A stretch of DNA of 64,000 nt from an uncultured Candidatus Binatia bacterium (GCA_965218425.1 OZ244621.1:2016001-2080000); one strand, 5' to 3'; counted from the stretch's first letter, positions 18,049 through 28,122 are shown. A program made the numbers and translations. Notes: generated by a model from the sequence alone, not told the origin.

Positions 18049-19836
18049 ATGGCTGAGACACGCAGTGAAGCTTTCGATCAAAGGTGGGGAACTTATCATG
18101 CGGAGGCCTGGTCCGATGCGATTGTCGCGTCCATGAAGCTGGGTGGTATTGACAACCTATACTTCGTTTCCGGGTCTGAGACCGCCTTCTATCAGGAAAG
18201 CATAGCAAAGGCCCATGAACGGGGGTGGCCGGCGCCGCGACTCATAACCGTGCTGCACGAAGGGGTGGCGTTGAATGCGGCCCTGGGCAACTCAATGGTC
18301 ACAGGCCAGCCGGCAGCCACCTCAGTACACGTGGACGTTGGAACCTTCAATTACGGGGGGGGCATACACACGGCATGGCGCGGGTCGTATCCAGTGCTCA
18401 TGACCGCCGGCAATGGGCCCCGTGCCTATCCGGGTTCCATGCCGGGCGCGCGTAATAGCGCAGTCCAATGGATCCAGGAGCCGCGGGATCAGGGAGAAAT
18501 CTTGCGACAGTACACAAAGATGGACCACCGCATGGAGCACGAGGACAATCCCGGATACATGGTAAGCAGGCTGTTGCAGGTGGCCATGAGCGAACCGACG
18601 GGGCCCGTCTACCTGACGTTGCCTCGGGAGTCGGCCATGCTGCCTATGCCGGGGACCACACGATTTCCTACCCGGGACGAGTTGGGTCTCGCCCGCCCCG
18701 CATGGCCGGACCCGAGCGATGCGCGAAAAGTGGCTGAGTGGCTCATCAAGGCGGACAACCCGCTGGTCATCACTTCGAACTCCGGTCGAAACCCGGAGTC
18801 GGTGCAAGACCTGGTGCGACTGGCCGAGCTTTTGGGACTCCCCATGCAGGAGGTAGGTCGATCGGCCGATCAGATGAATTTTCCCACGACCCACCCCCTT
18901 TACAAAACAGGTCCCAATCCCCAGGACGCCGACGTGATTTTAATATTGGAATCGCCTGTCCCCTACATCCCTCCGGCGGGGAACCCCAGGCCCGGCACAA
19001 AGATTGTATGGGTCGATGCGGACCCGGTCCTCTCACGTTACAAGACTTTGGATACTCAGGCTGACCTATGGCTGCCTGTCACTGCGGCTGCGGCGGCCCG
19101 TGCGATTTGCGAAGCCGCAACCGGCATGCTCTCGCAGAGTGACATGACCCGAATCTCAGACCGACGCGCCCGGATGGAAGAAAAAAAGCGTGAGATGAAC
19201 GCCGCAATAGAAAAGCAGGCCCAGGAGGCCGGCAAGCGCAAGCCCTTACATCCTCGTTGGGTCGCCTACCAGATGGGTAAGATCCTGGAACCGGACAGCA
19301 TCCTGCTCGACGACTCACTGAGCAACTCGCGTTCCGTGCAAACCCATCATCATCGGGACAAGCCCGGAACCTATTTTAAGAGTGGCGGGTCTTCCGGCGG
19401 TTGGGGAAGCGGCGCCGCGTTCGGCGCAAAACTGGGCAAGCCCGATAGCGACGTGGTGCTCGCCACCGGAGACGGGTACCTGATGTTTGGCAGCCCCATC
19501 TCGGCCTTCTGGTGCGGGGCCCATTATAAGATGCCGTTTTTAACTGTGGTTTTCGTCAACCGCTCCTACACCACGGGTACGAGCAACGTGTCGCTTACCT
19601 ACCCGGACGGAGTAGTGGCAAAGTCCGGCAATTTCGAGGGTGGCGTCTTCGACCCGCCGCCTGATTTTGCCAAGCTGGCCGAGGCGGCAAATTGCTTTGG
19701 AGAGACGGTGCGTGAGCCGGAAGAAGTGGCGCCCGCTCTGCAGCGTGGATTGAAGCATGTACACGACGGTACGCCCGCGCTGGTTGCCATGATGCTGCCC
19801 ACGCCCATGGAGGAAAGTCAACTCGCGAAGAAGTGA
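18049..19836 (+). CDS. Thiamine pyrophosphate-binding enzyme (acetolactate synthase/benzoylformate decarboxylase superfamily)
   Basis: Catalytic LHE, GPVYLTLPRE, ThDP motif GDGYLMFG...VFVN and PDFAKLAEA. Confidence 0.9.
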   Translation: MAETRSEAFDQRWGTYHAEAWSDAIVASMKLGGIDNLYFVSGSETAFYQESIAKAHERGWPAPRLITVLHEGVALNAALGNSMVTGQPAATSVHVDVGTFNYGGGIHTAWRGSYPVLMTAGNGPRAYPGSMPGARNSAVQWIQEPRDQGEILRQYTKMDHRMEHEDNPGYMVSRLLQVAMSEPTGPVYLTLPRESAMLPMPGTTRFPTRDELGLARPAWPDPSDARKVAEWLIKADNPLVITSNSGRNPESVQDLVRLAELLGLPMQEVGRSADQMNFPTTHPLYKTGPNPQDADVILILESPVPYIPPAGNPRPGTKIVWVDADPVLSRYKTLDTQADLWLPVTAAAAARAICEAATGMLSQSDMTRISDRRARMEEKKREMNAAIEKQAQEAGKRKPLHPRWVAYQMGKILEPDSILLDDSLSNSRSVQTHHHRDKPGTYFKSGGSSGGWGSGAAFGAKLGKPDSDVVLATGDGYLMFGSPISAFWCGAHYKMPFLTVVFVNRSYTTGTSNVSLTYPDGVVAKSGNFEGGVFDPPPDFAKLAEAANCFGETVREPEEVAPALQRGLKHVHDGTPALVAMMLPTPMEESQLAKK

Positions 19837-20067
19837 TTTATCGAACGGCGCGAGATGTGACCGGGTGGTTCCGCGCGGCGCACAGGGCGTAGGTAAAAGC
19901 GGACGCCGGGAACCGGTGATCCTGGCGCTTTGCACTTGGCCATCTGCGATAACCTACGGTTAGGTATCCCGGAACTGAATCAGGTTATTCTCCGCAATAG
20001 AAAAGTTTTTGTTTGTTGTCGTCTCCCGACAAACAATAAAGACAAGAAAAGAATTCAGCATCAGCCA

Positions 20068-20205
20068 TGTGGTAGCCCGGGTTTTACGGACACCCAAAAA
20101 GGGGACAGGATCCCCGAAGGAGGTGTTCGATGGGCAGGCAAAGGCGGTTCACCCGGGAGTTTAAGTCGGAGGCCGTGCGGCTTTTAGAGGCTGGAGCGCG
20201 GCCCC
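20068..20205 (+). mobile_element. IS3-family left end with truncated orfA
   Basis: Terminus TGTGGTAGCCCGGGTTTTACGGACACC, RBS AGGAGG, then MGRQRRFTREFKSEAVRLLEAGARP, which resembles an IS3 OrfA start. Confidence 0.7.
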
Positions 20206-20616
20206 TTTTTCATGTTACCTGACCCCGGTTTTAAGTGAGATGTGGCGGGATGAGCTGGGATGATGTGGGATGAGACCCTTGTTTTCAGGGGTTTGAACGC
20301 CCGCCCCGATTTAACGGCCCTTTCAGGCTCAGTTTCCGAGCCCTAAACGGCCCGGAAAATCCGGCCGGTTTATGGCCCATTTCCAATTATTTCCATCCGC
20401 CCACGGAGACTCTGCGGGAGCAGAGACTGGAAATCAACGACTTAGAGTGGATAGAGTGGACCGGGATCGGGACCAAACAGCTTGAGTCGGCAATACCTCC
20501 AAGGGTTGTGACGGCATCCGAAAGGTTCGAGATGATCTTCCGGTGGCGGCATGCGCCGAGGGCGACTGAGGGTCCGGCGAGAGGCGCAAAAGACGACATG
20601 GCCGAGCCGCTCCACG

Positions 20617-20694
20617 TCATGCGACGGCGGCCTGGATGCGTCGGGCAATCTGCGATCCGGACAACCCAAACACCGGGGCGTCCTGGCGGATGGC
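20617..20694 (-). pseudogene. Short fragment resembling a Cre-like tyrosine recombinase
   Basis: AIRQDAPVFGLSGSQIARRIQAAV resembles the segment preceding the H-x-x-R box. Only 25 aa long. Confidence 0.35.
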
Positions 20695-20755
20695 GGTCCG
20701 AGCCGTCCGGTAATATGGAGTTGCAATCATATGTATTATCTACCATATTATAAGG

Positions 20756-21117
20756 GTGAGCTGGGTTGTTGTGATTGCCGACGAGTTCGAGCCGGAGTTC
20801 GACGAGCTGCCCGAGGACGTGCAGACAGAGATTCTGGCGTCGTCGCGTCTCTTGCAGCAGTTAGGTCCACAGCTTGGGCGGCCTCGGGTGGACACGCTCA
20901 ACGACTCGGGCCACGCGAACATGAAGGAACTGCGGTTCAGTGCGACGACGGCCAGTGGCGGGTGGCCTTCGCCTTCGATACAAAACGGAAGGCCGTGCTG
21001 CTTGTGGCGGGAGACAAGTCCGGAGGGAGCGAAAAGCGGTTCTACCGGAGGTTGATCCACAAAGCGGATGAACGTTTCGACGCGCATCTAGCCCGTTTGA
21101 AGAAGGAAGGAAAATAA
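20756..21117 (+). pseudogene. Frameshifted RelE/HigB (phage Gp49-like) toxin
   Basis: GPQLGRPRVDTL...NMKELRF in one frame continues as GQWRVAFAFD..RKAVLLVAGDKSG in another; the shift is near 20944. Confidence 0.88.
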
Positions 21118-21119
21118 CC

Positions 21120-21413
21120 ATGGCTGTGAACGTCGAGGAGAAAATCAAGAAGCTGAGCCCCGCTCGGCGCAAGAAGGTCGTGTCCCGCGCGGCGGAGCTG
21201 CTGGCCGAGGAAATGACACTGCGCGAGCTGCGCAAGGCGCGCAAGCTCACGCAGGTCCGCGTCTCGCGGCTGGAGAAGCGCAGCGACTTGCTGCTTTCCA
21301 CGCTCCGGAAGACGGTTAAGGCGATGGGCGGCAACCTGTCGCTCGTGGCCGAATTCCCGGACCGTGCCCCGGTCGTGCTCTCGGGCATCGCCGAGGACGA
21401 TCCGCGCGCTTAA
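21120..21413 (+). CDS. XRE/HigA-type antitoxin, HTH apparently internally deleted
   Basis: LRELRKARKLTQVR joins directly to VSRLEKRSDLLLSTL...AMGG; about 10 residues of the HTH appear absent. Confidence 0.8.
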   Translation: MAVNVEEKIKKLSPARRKKVVSRAAELLAEEMTLRELRKARKLTQVRVSRLEKRSDLLLSTLRKTVKAMGGNLSLVAEFPDRAPVVLSGIAEDDPRA

Positions 21414-21469
21414 ATCAATATGAAGAGGCTAAGCGAACATTGACCTGCCCCCAGGAGTGGTACCACCCT

Positions 21470-22375
21470 TTAAGTTAGAGCCGGAATTATCTGGAGTCCA
21501 GCCCATGGGGATGAATTCCCAGCCTGCGCTCTGGGCAGAAAGGCCTCCGGTGCCGGAGAACGATAGCCCAGGGCGCTGTGAGGCCGCCGCTGGTTATACT
21601 CTCTTCTCCATCTTTCGATCAGCACCTGAGCTTCCCTCAGGGTTTCAAACACCTCCCGGTTGAGCAGCTCATCCCTGAGTTTTCCGTTAAAACTCTCCAC
21701 GTAGCCATTCTCCCAAGGACTGCCAGGCTCGATGTAGAGTGTCCTGACACCAATGGCCTTGAGCCAGTCCCGGATAGCCTGAGCCGTAAACTCGGGGCCA
21801 TTGTCGGACCGAAGGGACTGCGGCACGCCCCGTTCCACGAATAGCTCCGCTAACCGTTCCAGCACATCCCGGTGATTCATCCGTCTGGCCACATCAATCG
21901 CCAAGCACTCCCGGGTGTATTCATCCAGGATGCTCAACAGCCGAAAGGCCCGACCGTCTTCGGTTCGCTCGTGCACGAAGTCATAACTCCACACATGGTT
22001 TCGATGCGCCGGTCTCAGGCGAATGCAGGAGCCATCAGTCAACCGGAGCCTCCCTCGCTTAGGCTGACGGCTGAGGACTTTCAGCCCTTCCTGCCTCCAG
22101 AGCCTCTCCACTCGCTTGTGGTTGACCTTCCACCCCTCCCCACGCAGCATGGCCGTAATCCTCCGGTAGCCGTATCGCCCGTATTCGCTGGCCAGCTCCA
22201 TCATCCGAGCCACTAGTCTTGCTTCCTCTTCCGGGATCTCTCGGACTCTTCGTTGCGTCGATCGCGGCTGTCCCAACACTTGGCAAGCCCGGCGTTCGGA
22301 GACTCGATCAGGTCCCAATCTTTCTCTGGCCCATATCACCGCTCGTCTCCTCTTCGCCGGGCCTAGAAGTTTCCC
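21470..22375 (-). CDS. IS3 transposase OrfB (DDE/rve), expressed by -1 frameshift
   Basis: [31 protein letters not shown] and [11 protein letters not shown] triad intact. Confidence 0.93.
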   Translation of the reverse strand, partial: GKLLGPAKRRRAVIWARERLGPDRVSERRACQVLGQPRSTQRRVREIPEEEARLVARMMELASEYGRYGYRRITAMLRGEGWKVNHKRVERLWRQEGLKVLSRQPKRGRLRLTDGSCIRLRPAHRNHVWSYDFVHERTEDGRAFRLLSILDEYTRECLAIDVARRMNHRDVLERLAELFVERGVPQSLRSDNGPEFTAQAIRDWLKAIGVRTLYIEPGSPWENGYVESFNGKLRDELLNREVFETLREAQVLIERWRREYNQRRPHSALGYRSPAPEAFLPRAQAGNSSPWAGLQIIPALT

Positions 22376-22641
22376 GAGGACACTTCCTTCAGGATCTGGT
22401 TGTCCAGCGATAGATCCGCCACCAGCTTCTTCAACCGCGCATTCTCCTTGTCCAAGGCCTTGAGCCTCTTGGCCTGATCCATCTTCAGGCCTCCATATTC
22501 CTTCCTCCACCGGTAGTAGGTCTGCACGGTTACCCCCACCTGCTTGCACACCTGGCCCACCGCCTTCCCTTGGGCCAAGCTCACCTCCGCCTCACGCAGC
22601 TTGAGGATAATCTGCTCGGCCGTAAATCGCTTTCTTGCCAT
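22363..22641 (-). CDS. IS3 transposase OrfA (HTH, leucine zipper)
   Basis: [20 protein letters not shown]...[11 protein letters not shown]...[15 protein letters not shown]; ends at slippery site G GGA AAC. Confidence 0.93.
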   Translation of the reverse strand: MARKRFTAEQIILKLREAEVSLAQGKAVGQVCKQVGVTVQTYYRWRKEYGGLKMDQAKRLKALDKENARLKKLVADLSLDNQILKEVSSGNF

Positions 22642-22791
22642 CCTTGCCTCCTTCCTAAAATCAAAATCCCTAACATTTCACCTGGACTCGTTTTAGGGGG
22701 CAAGGTCAGATGTTTATCGACAACGTTGATCTTACCGTAGGCAAAGAGGTCTTGGAGACGCGGCAAGGATGTCTAAGATTGGGCGCTGTCC

Positions 22792-22830
22792 TGCCTCCGA
22801 CCCGGGTTTCACGGACAGTTAATTAAGCCA
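22792..22830. mobile_element. Isolated IS3-type terminal repeat
   Basis: TGCCTCCGACCCGGGTTTCACGGACA shares CCCGGGTTT(T/C)ACGGACA with the end at 20068. Confidence 0.55.
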
Positions 22831-22871
22831 CACGTTTGATCGAGTGGAGGCGATGATGGGACTTCGGCTTG

Positions 22872-23150
22872 TCAGGCGACCCTGCGCGTGATGGCCTCGC
22901 GCAAGCCTTCCAGCAACCCCTCGAGATGGGCCATGCGCTGGCGGAGCTCGTTGGTTTCCTGGCGAAGCTGCTTGATGTCGTCGCGCACTTCCTGGCGAAG
23001 CTGCTTGATGTCGTCGCGCACTTCCTGGTGAAGCCGCTCGATATCGTTGCGCACTTCCTGGCGCAAGCTATCGATATCGCGCCGCAGCCAGACGAACAAG
23101 CCGATTATCAACGCGGCGAGTCCGATGAAGCCGCCGATCTCAATGCTCAT
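22872..23150 (-). CDS. Small membrane-anchored coiled-coil protein with 11-aa repeats
   Basis: N-terminal TM segment (IGGFIGLAALIIGLFVW) followed by LRQEVRDDIKQ repeats. Confidence 0.75.
   Translation of the reverse strand: MSIEIGGFIGLAALIIGLFVWLRRDIDSLRQEVRNDIERLHQEVRDDIKQLRQEVRDDIKQLRQETNELRQRMAHLEGLLEGLREAITRRVA
22956..23087. repeat. Intragenic 33-bp tandem repeat, 4 units
   Basis: TTCCTGGCGAAGCTGCTTGATGTCGTCGCGCAC occurs twice exactly, followed by two degenerate copies. Confidence 0.9.
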
Positions 23151-23287
23151 GCCGTCACTGTTTAACACGCAGCGCGCTAAAATGCCAGATGTCCCCAAAG
23201 GATCGCGGATATGACGTTCATGGCGGTTCGGCCTCTATTCAGACCGCCGCTGGCGCAGACGCCCCCCATTGTCCCATCCCCTAACCT

Positions 23288-23700
23288 CTATCCGTTCGGG
23301 GGCGTTCCCCAACACGACCCGCTGGCCCGTAACCACTCTCGCGCCATCCGCTCGGCCTCAACGATCTGGTTGCGGGTCATCTTTACCTTCACTTCATCAA
23401 GGGTCGTGCGAGCGGGCTCATACCCACTGGAAGCGGCGAGGGTCAACCACATGTAGCCGCGCACATAGTCCTGGGGAACTCCTTTGCCCAGGCCGTGCAT
23501 AAAGCTGAGATTGTACTGTGCCTGGGCTAATCCCTGATCAGCCGCCAAGCGGTACCAGCGCAGCGCTTTGGCGTAGTCCTGAGGCGCCTCGTTACCGTGG
23601 TAATACATGAAGCCGAGGCCGAGCTCCGACGGGGTGAGTCCCAGCTCGGCTTGCGTTTTACAGGCTTCGAGCCGCGCCGCCGGCTCAAGAGTCTCGTCAA
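23288..23700 (-). pseudogene. Sel1-repeat protein, 5'-truncated or degenerate
   Basis: LGFMYYHGNEAPQDYAKALRWYRLAADQG and GKGVPQDYVRGYMWLTLAA; no credible start before the inverted repeat at 23739. Confidence 0.75.
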
Positions 23701-23738
23701 AGCATTTAAAAAGTCGGCCTGCCTCACTCTGAGCCCTT

Positions 23739-25079
23739 GGGGTCAGACCTTGACATTTGACATGACCCGACTGCAAGGAAGGTAAAGATGCCCTGGGACG
23801 GACATGGAAACTTCAACCGCACCGACGGCGTGCACACCGCCGGCGACGTGTGGGAGCAGGGGCGCGCGGCGGGCCGTAACGTGCGCTCCGACGATCAGGA
23901 CATCCATGACCAAGACCTGGCGGGGGGCCTGGAAAACCGCCTTGCCCGCGACGGCCGGAACCAGCCGACGAACAATCTGCCCATGGGCGGGAACAGGCGC
24001 CTGAACGTCGGTAACGGCGGGAGCCGGGCCCAATACCCCTCCATAGCCCAGATCCAGGACCGGTCCTTGACCTTCGTAATGGCCAATGGGGTGAGCGGCG
24101 ACGGCGACACGATAGGGCTTTCCCCCACTCCTGCCATAGCTCTTCTTTGCCGAGAGACGTGGGCGAGGGTCCAGCGCTAGAGCACCGGGCACGGCGAGCT
24201 TCGGGAGGAATTGTTTATGACTGCTTGCGATGCTGAACGGCCCCGCCCTTTCGATCCAGCGCGGATAGAGCAGCCGGCTAACGCAAGAGTTGATATCGAT
24301 ATCGGGGAAATTCAGATAATGGAACAAGCAGTCCAGGGCAACTTGCAGGCGCTATTACAGACGGGCGAGACAACGTCAACGTTCAGTGTCGCGACAAGCA
24401 TGGGGAAAAACTCATGTTGCTCGATGAAGAGCGCGCTCTCCTCCAGTTATTTCGCCCGGCTGGCGCGCTCGAGAAGATCTCTTCCCGAGTTTGCGCCCCG
24501 GCTAACCTGACCTCTCGGCTGAACGTCACTTGCCTCAGGCAGTTAACGCGAACCAACAACAAAGAGGATGGATCAATCACCCTATACAAACGGCGCCTGC
24601 AGAAAGAGGGAAAGCTCGACGCCGTCATCGCCGACACCATGCGCGACATTATGATTAAGTTAAGGCAGGGGTATCCTGTGCATAGTGACAGGGCGCAAAG
24701 GGCACTTCAGGCACATGCTTATTTTCAGCTCCAATACCCGGCGGCAGAGCACCCAAGCGCCGGTGTCAAACCGTTAAGCCGCTATAATGGACGCTCTCAA
24801 CGGGATTTTGAGTATCCCAAAGGAACAACTTTTTTTGAGCCTGTGGACAACTCCCAAAATAAAACGCGCCCCCACCCACTAAAAAATAATCCAGGCAAAA
24901 GTATTCAACTATCGCAGCCCATCTATTCTCCTTTTGCAACATCTCCCACCGCCAGCACGGCCCATGTCTTCCAAGCCACGATGAACTCCAAGTTGCCCCA
25001 CAGGCCCCTGAACGATTTCGCTCTGCTCATTTTCGTCGCCTCCCTGTCGCAGGAATGTCAAATATCAAGGTCTGACCCC
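23739..25079. mobile_element. 1.34-kb segment bounded by 25-bp inverted repeats (non-autonomous element candidate)
   Basis: GGGGTCAGACCTTGACATTTGACAT (23739-23763) and ATGTCAAATATCAAGGTCTGACCCC (25055-25079) are 24/25 complementary. Confidence 0.65.
23788..24180 (+). pseudogene. N-terminal fragment of a phage tail-fibre/virion-like protein
   Basis: MPWDGHGNFNRTDGVH...DLAGGLENRLARDGRNQPTNNLPMGG resembles recalled podovirus tail-protein N-termini; truncated at 130 aa. Confidence 0.55.
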
Positions 25080-25445
25080 GTAGCCATCGCCTAACAACGC
25101 GGGGCTCTGAGGGGAGCGAGACGTAAGGCCGTGGGCATCGAACGTTCAGCTTCAGATATTCACCGGCTTATTGCTTGCGGCCGGAGGTTCGCTCCACGAG
25201 GAGCCCTGAAGCTTTGGAGGTTCATGAGAGCGAATGCCCAATGGGTCGCTGCGGGAGTCCCGCGGAGCGAAGGAAGTCGCCGAAGCCCAAAGTAACAGGG
25301 ATGGAGAATATGTAAATTTTAGCTTCCACAGTCGGACACGATCGAGGAGATGATTCTGAACAAGACCTGAATTCGGCTTGACTGCCTGGATGGGGGTGTG
25401 GGAGGATCCGGGTGCTCAAATTTATGGCGCAAAGGAGACGGATAA

Positions 25446-26447
25446 ATGGAACGGTGTGCAATTGACATTCATCATCATTATCTCCCCCCGGGCACCCTGG
25501 AGAAAGCAAAACGCAACAAAGAAGCTTTAGGAATGACCTTCAGTGAGACCAAAGAAGGTCTGACCACGCTTCAATTCGCGAATGCCAAAGCTTTTACTGC
25601 TCCTGCCGATCTCGTGGGGTTGGAAAATAGGCTTGCGATGATGGACAGAGAGGAAATTGCGGTCGCCGCTCTCGAACCCCATACGGCAAGTCTCGGATAT
25701 CCCCTGGATGGTCAGAAAGGAGAGGCCTGGTGTCGTCTCTATAACGAAGGTCTGCACGAACTCGTCAAGCGATACCCGGATCGGTTTGTTGCATTGGCCG
25801 CCGTTCCCTTGCAGGACGCCACCCGGGCAGGGGCGGTCCTGGAACATGCCATGAAGGAGCTAAATTTCAAAGGTGGTTACATAGGTTCAAACGTGAACGG
25901 TAACTATTATAATGGCAAAGAGTTCGACCCCTTTTGGAAGAAGGCGGAGGAGCTGGATGCCCTGATCGTGATGCATCCGGAGGACGTGGCCGGGGCTGAG
26001 CGCATGCGCGCCTATGGCATGTCTTTGATTTGCGGCAATCCGGCGGATAGCGCCCTTTCCATAGGACTCATGTGCTTTAGCGGGGTATTCGATCGGTTTC
26101 CTAATCTAAAACTGTGTGTCCTGCATGGTGGAGGTTTTTTCCCCTATCACCTGGGTCGCTTTGATCAGGGGCATGCCGTTCGTAGCGGTTCACGCACCGC
26201 CGAGGCCTCTTTACCTCCGAGCGCTTACATGAAGAAAAACCTTTATTTTGATACCCTCGTCTACCGTCTGGACACCCTTGATTATCTGCGACGATTGGCA
26301 GGAAATGACCGCCTAATGGTCGGGACCGATTACCCCTATACCCTGGGAGATTGGACGGCGGTGAAGAAGGTTCTGGAACTGGATTGCTCGGAGGCAGAGA
26401 AACGGGAGATCTTGGAGGGGAATGCTAAACGATTGTTGAAACTCTGA
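25446..26447 (+). CDS. Amidohydrolase_2 family, ACMSD-like decarboxylase
   Basis: Motifs IDIHHH, FWKKAEELDALIVMHP, GVFDRFPNLKLCVLHGGGF and GTDYPY. Confidence 0.88.
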   Translation: MERCAIDIHHHYLPPGTLEKAKRNKEALGMTFSETKEGLTTLQFANAKAFTAPADLVGLENRLAMMDREEIAVAALEPHTASLGYPLDGQKGEAWCRLYNEGLHELVKRYPDRFVALAAVPLQDATRAGAVLEHAMKELNFKGGYIGSNVNGNYYNGKEFDPFWKKAEELDALIVMHPEDVAGAERMRAYGMSLICGNPADSALSIGLMCFSGVFDRFPNLKLCVLHGGGFFPYHLGRFDQGHAVRSGSRTAEASLPPSAYMKKNLYFDTLVYRLDTLDYLRRLAGNDRLMVGTDYPYTLGDWTAVKKVLELDCSEAEKREILEGNAKRLLKL

Positions 26448-26540
26448 GCGAGCTTTGAGGGGCATTGACAGATAAAATTCTATATCTAGGTATTTTCTGC
26501 GGGAAAAGCCAGAAATGCGCGGAACCGAAAGGAGAATGAA

Positions 26541-27041
26541 ATGAGCCAAACGACTCCCGTACAGGTAAAAAAAATAGGTCACGTAGTCTTCAATGTCAGT
26601 GACATCGAGCGTACCACAAAGTTCTGGACGGAGATAATGGGCTTTCATGTCTCTGATCGAAACGAGCGGGGCATGGTGTTTCTCCGCAATGCTTCCGATC
26701 ACCACACCATTGCGTTGGCACCGGCCCGTGAGAAAGAACTGCCAAAAGATGGGCATGTCGGGTTTAGTCATTGCGCCCTGGAGGTGGAAAGTGTCTCTCA
26801 GCTTTTCAAAATTCGCGAGTTTCTACGCGCCCGAGGGGTTACGATAAAGTATGAGGGGCGAAAGGGACCAGGATGCAATACTGGTGTGGAGTTCTTGGAT
26901 CCGGACGGGTTTACTATTGAACTCTACGCCGCCATGGACCAGATCGGTTGGGACGGTAAGAGCCGTCCGGCCAACGAGTGGCGCCGGGCAAAGACCCTCG
27001 AGGAGGCGGTTGAAAATCCCGTACCTGGCGTTCAGTACTGA
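26541..27041 (+). CDS. VOC/glyoxalase (extradiol dioxygenase-like) protein
   Basis: Motifs IGHVVFNV, FLRNASDHHTIAL, HCALEV and FLDPDGFTIELY. Confidence 0.88.
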   Translation: MSQTTPVQVKKIGHVVFNVSDIERTTKFWTEIMGFHVSDRNERGMVFLRNASDHHTIALAPAREKELPKDGHVGFSHCALEVESVSQLFKIREFLRARGVTIKYEGRKGPGCNTGVEFLDPDGFTIELYAAMDQIGWDGKSRPANEWRRAKTLEEAVENPVPGVQY

Positions 27042-27058
27042 TTCCTAGACCAAAGTCT

Positions 27059-27100
27059 GCTACCCGTCTCGTGGATTGAGGGGGCGGGCGGCTTTTTCTT
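27059..27100 (+). terminator. Possible intrinsic terminator
   Basis: GC-rich imperfect stem GCTACCCGTCTC...GAGGGGGCGGGCGGC followed by TTTTTCTT between convergent genes. Confidence 0.45.
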
Positions 27101-27108
27101 GGCGGATA

Positions 27109-28122
27109 TTATTGTTTCCCTCCTCTCCGACTCAACCTGCCGGTAATAAGCCCTACGACCACAACCGCTAAAAATAGAACCAGGGCGCGAAGCGAAATGG
27201 CTTTAGGGGGCTCTACCCCCGTTACTGAGACGACTTTTTCCGCCCTAATGGGATCCCTTCCCTTCAACTCGGCAATGCCACTGACCCTGTGGGGGGAACC
27301 GTCAACAAAGTGAAACTTGAAATTAAGATTCCCCTTAGTTTGGAGTCTCTTCAAGGAGAAAATCTGTTCCCCCTTTTCCAACTGTGTGATTGCCAGGGTA
27401 AGGTGAGTTGGGTAGGGCAATCCCGTCTTCGCTTCCGATAGCCGCCACCGAATTTGACTCAACTCTCCCACAGTGGCTGGACTTACCTCCAGTCGAACGA
27501 CAAATTCCTTATCTCCTGCCACCTTCGTCGTTGATTCTTGAGCCGTGGCGGAACAGATAATCGGCACTGACCCTACCAGAAATAGGAGGCCACCCGTTAT
27601 ACGAGATTCTCCACTCCGGAGAGTAAACAACCGTCCAACCATAACTCCGAATAAGAAGAGACCTGTGAGAAAAATCCCCAAGTAAAAAAGCTTGGTTCGG
27701 CTTTCTTTGATGGGCAGCGAAAAGACTCGCTTAGCCGTGTTTCCTACACTGTCAACTACTCCCGCCTCCAATCGGTAATCTCCGCGGATAGGAAATACGT
27801 ATTCCCATTCCACGTTCCCCGTAACAGCCGGCATTTCCATCTCCAGTAGGGGAGTCCCCTCCACCTGAGGAAAGTCTGTGGAAAAGAGCCAACCTCGAGG
27901 CGGCGCATATAGACGAATCTGAAGCTGAGACCCATCCATTGCCTTTCCAGCGCTATTGTGGAAAGTCAGAGTCAGTTTTGTCGGTTTGGTGAGGGGACGA
28001 ATGTTATCGAGACCGGGCTGGATCTGTAGATCGATCGTGTTGGCTCCCGCCTCAGTATGGGGAAAACTGAGGGGTGAGACTGCCAGAAGAAAAATTAAGA
28101 CAAGGAACCTAGTTAATGACAA
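27109..28122 (-). CDS. Exported/membrane protein with two repeated (beta-rich domain + TM) units
   Basis: Signal peptide; TM segments end in G-x-x-x-G-R-L twice (FGVMVGRLF and VGLITGRLS). Overlaps the upstream CbtB-like gene. Confidence 0.7.
   Translation of the reverse strand: MSLTRFLVLIFLLAVSPLSFPHTEAGANTIDLQIQPGLDNIRPLTKPTKLTLTFHNSAGKAMDGSQLQIRLYAPPRGWLFSTDFPQVEGTPLLEMEMPAVTGNVEWEYVFPIRGDYRLEAGVVDSVGNTAKRVFSLPIKESRTKLFYLGIFLTGLFLFGVMVGRLFTLRSGESRITGGLLFLVGSVPIICSATAQESTTKVAGDKEFVVRLEVSPATVGELSQIRWRLSEAKTGLPYPTHLTLAITQLEKGEQIFSLKRLQTKGNLNFKFHFVDGSPHRVSGIAELKGRDPIRAEKVVSVTGVEPPKAISLRALVLFLAVVVVGLITGRLSRRGGKQ

Larger units (their letters stand above)
21441..22708 (-). mobile_element. IS3-family insertion sequence, 1268 bp, apparently intact
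   Basis: Ends TGACCTGCCCCC and GGGGGCAAGGTCA are imperfect TG...CA inverted repeats enclosing overlapping orfA and orfB. Confidence 0.92.

Noticed and set aside
22956..23087. 33-bp repeats as a CRISPR array
   Set aside because: The units are contiguous without spacers, in frame within an ORF, and no cas genes are present.
24414..25094. 226-aa ORF as a real gene
   Set aside because: No recognisable motifs; composition changes midway and it reads through the inverted repeat, so it is likely a chance fusion of fragments.
25225..25300. Possible SDR C-terminal scrap (PMGRCGSPAE...EVAEA)
   Set aside because: Too short and split across frames to support.
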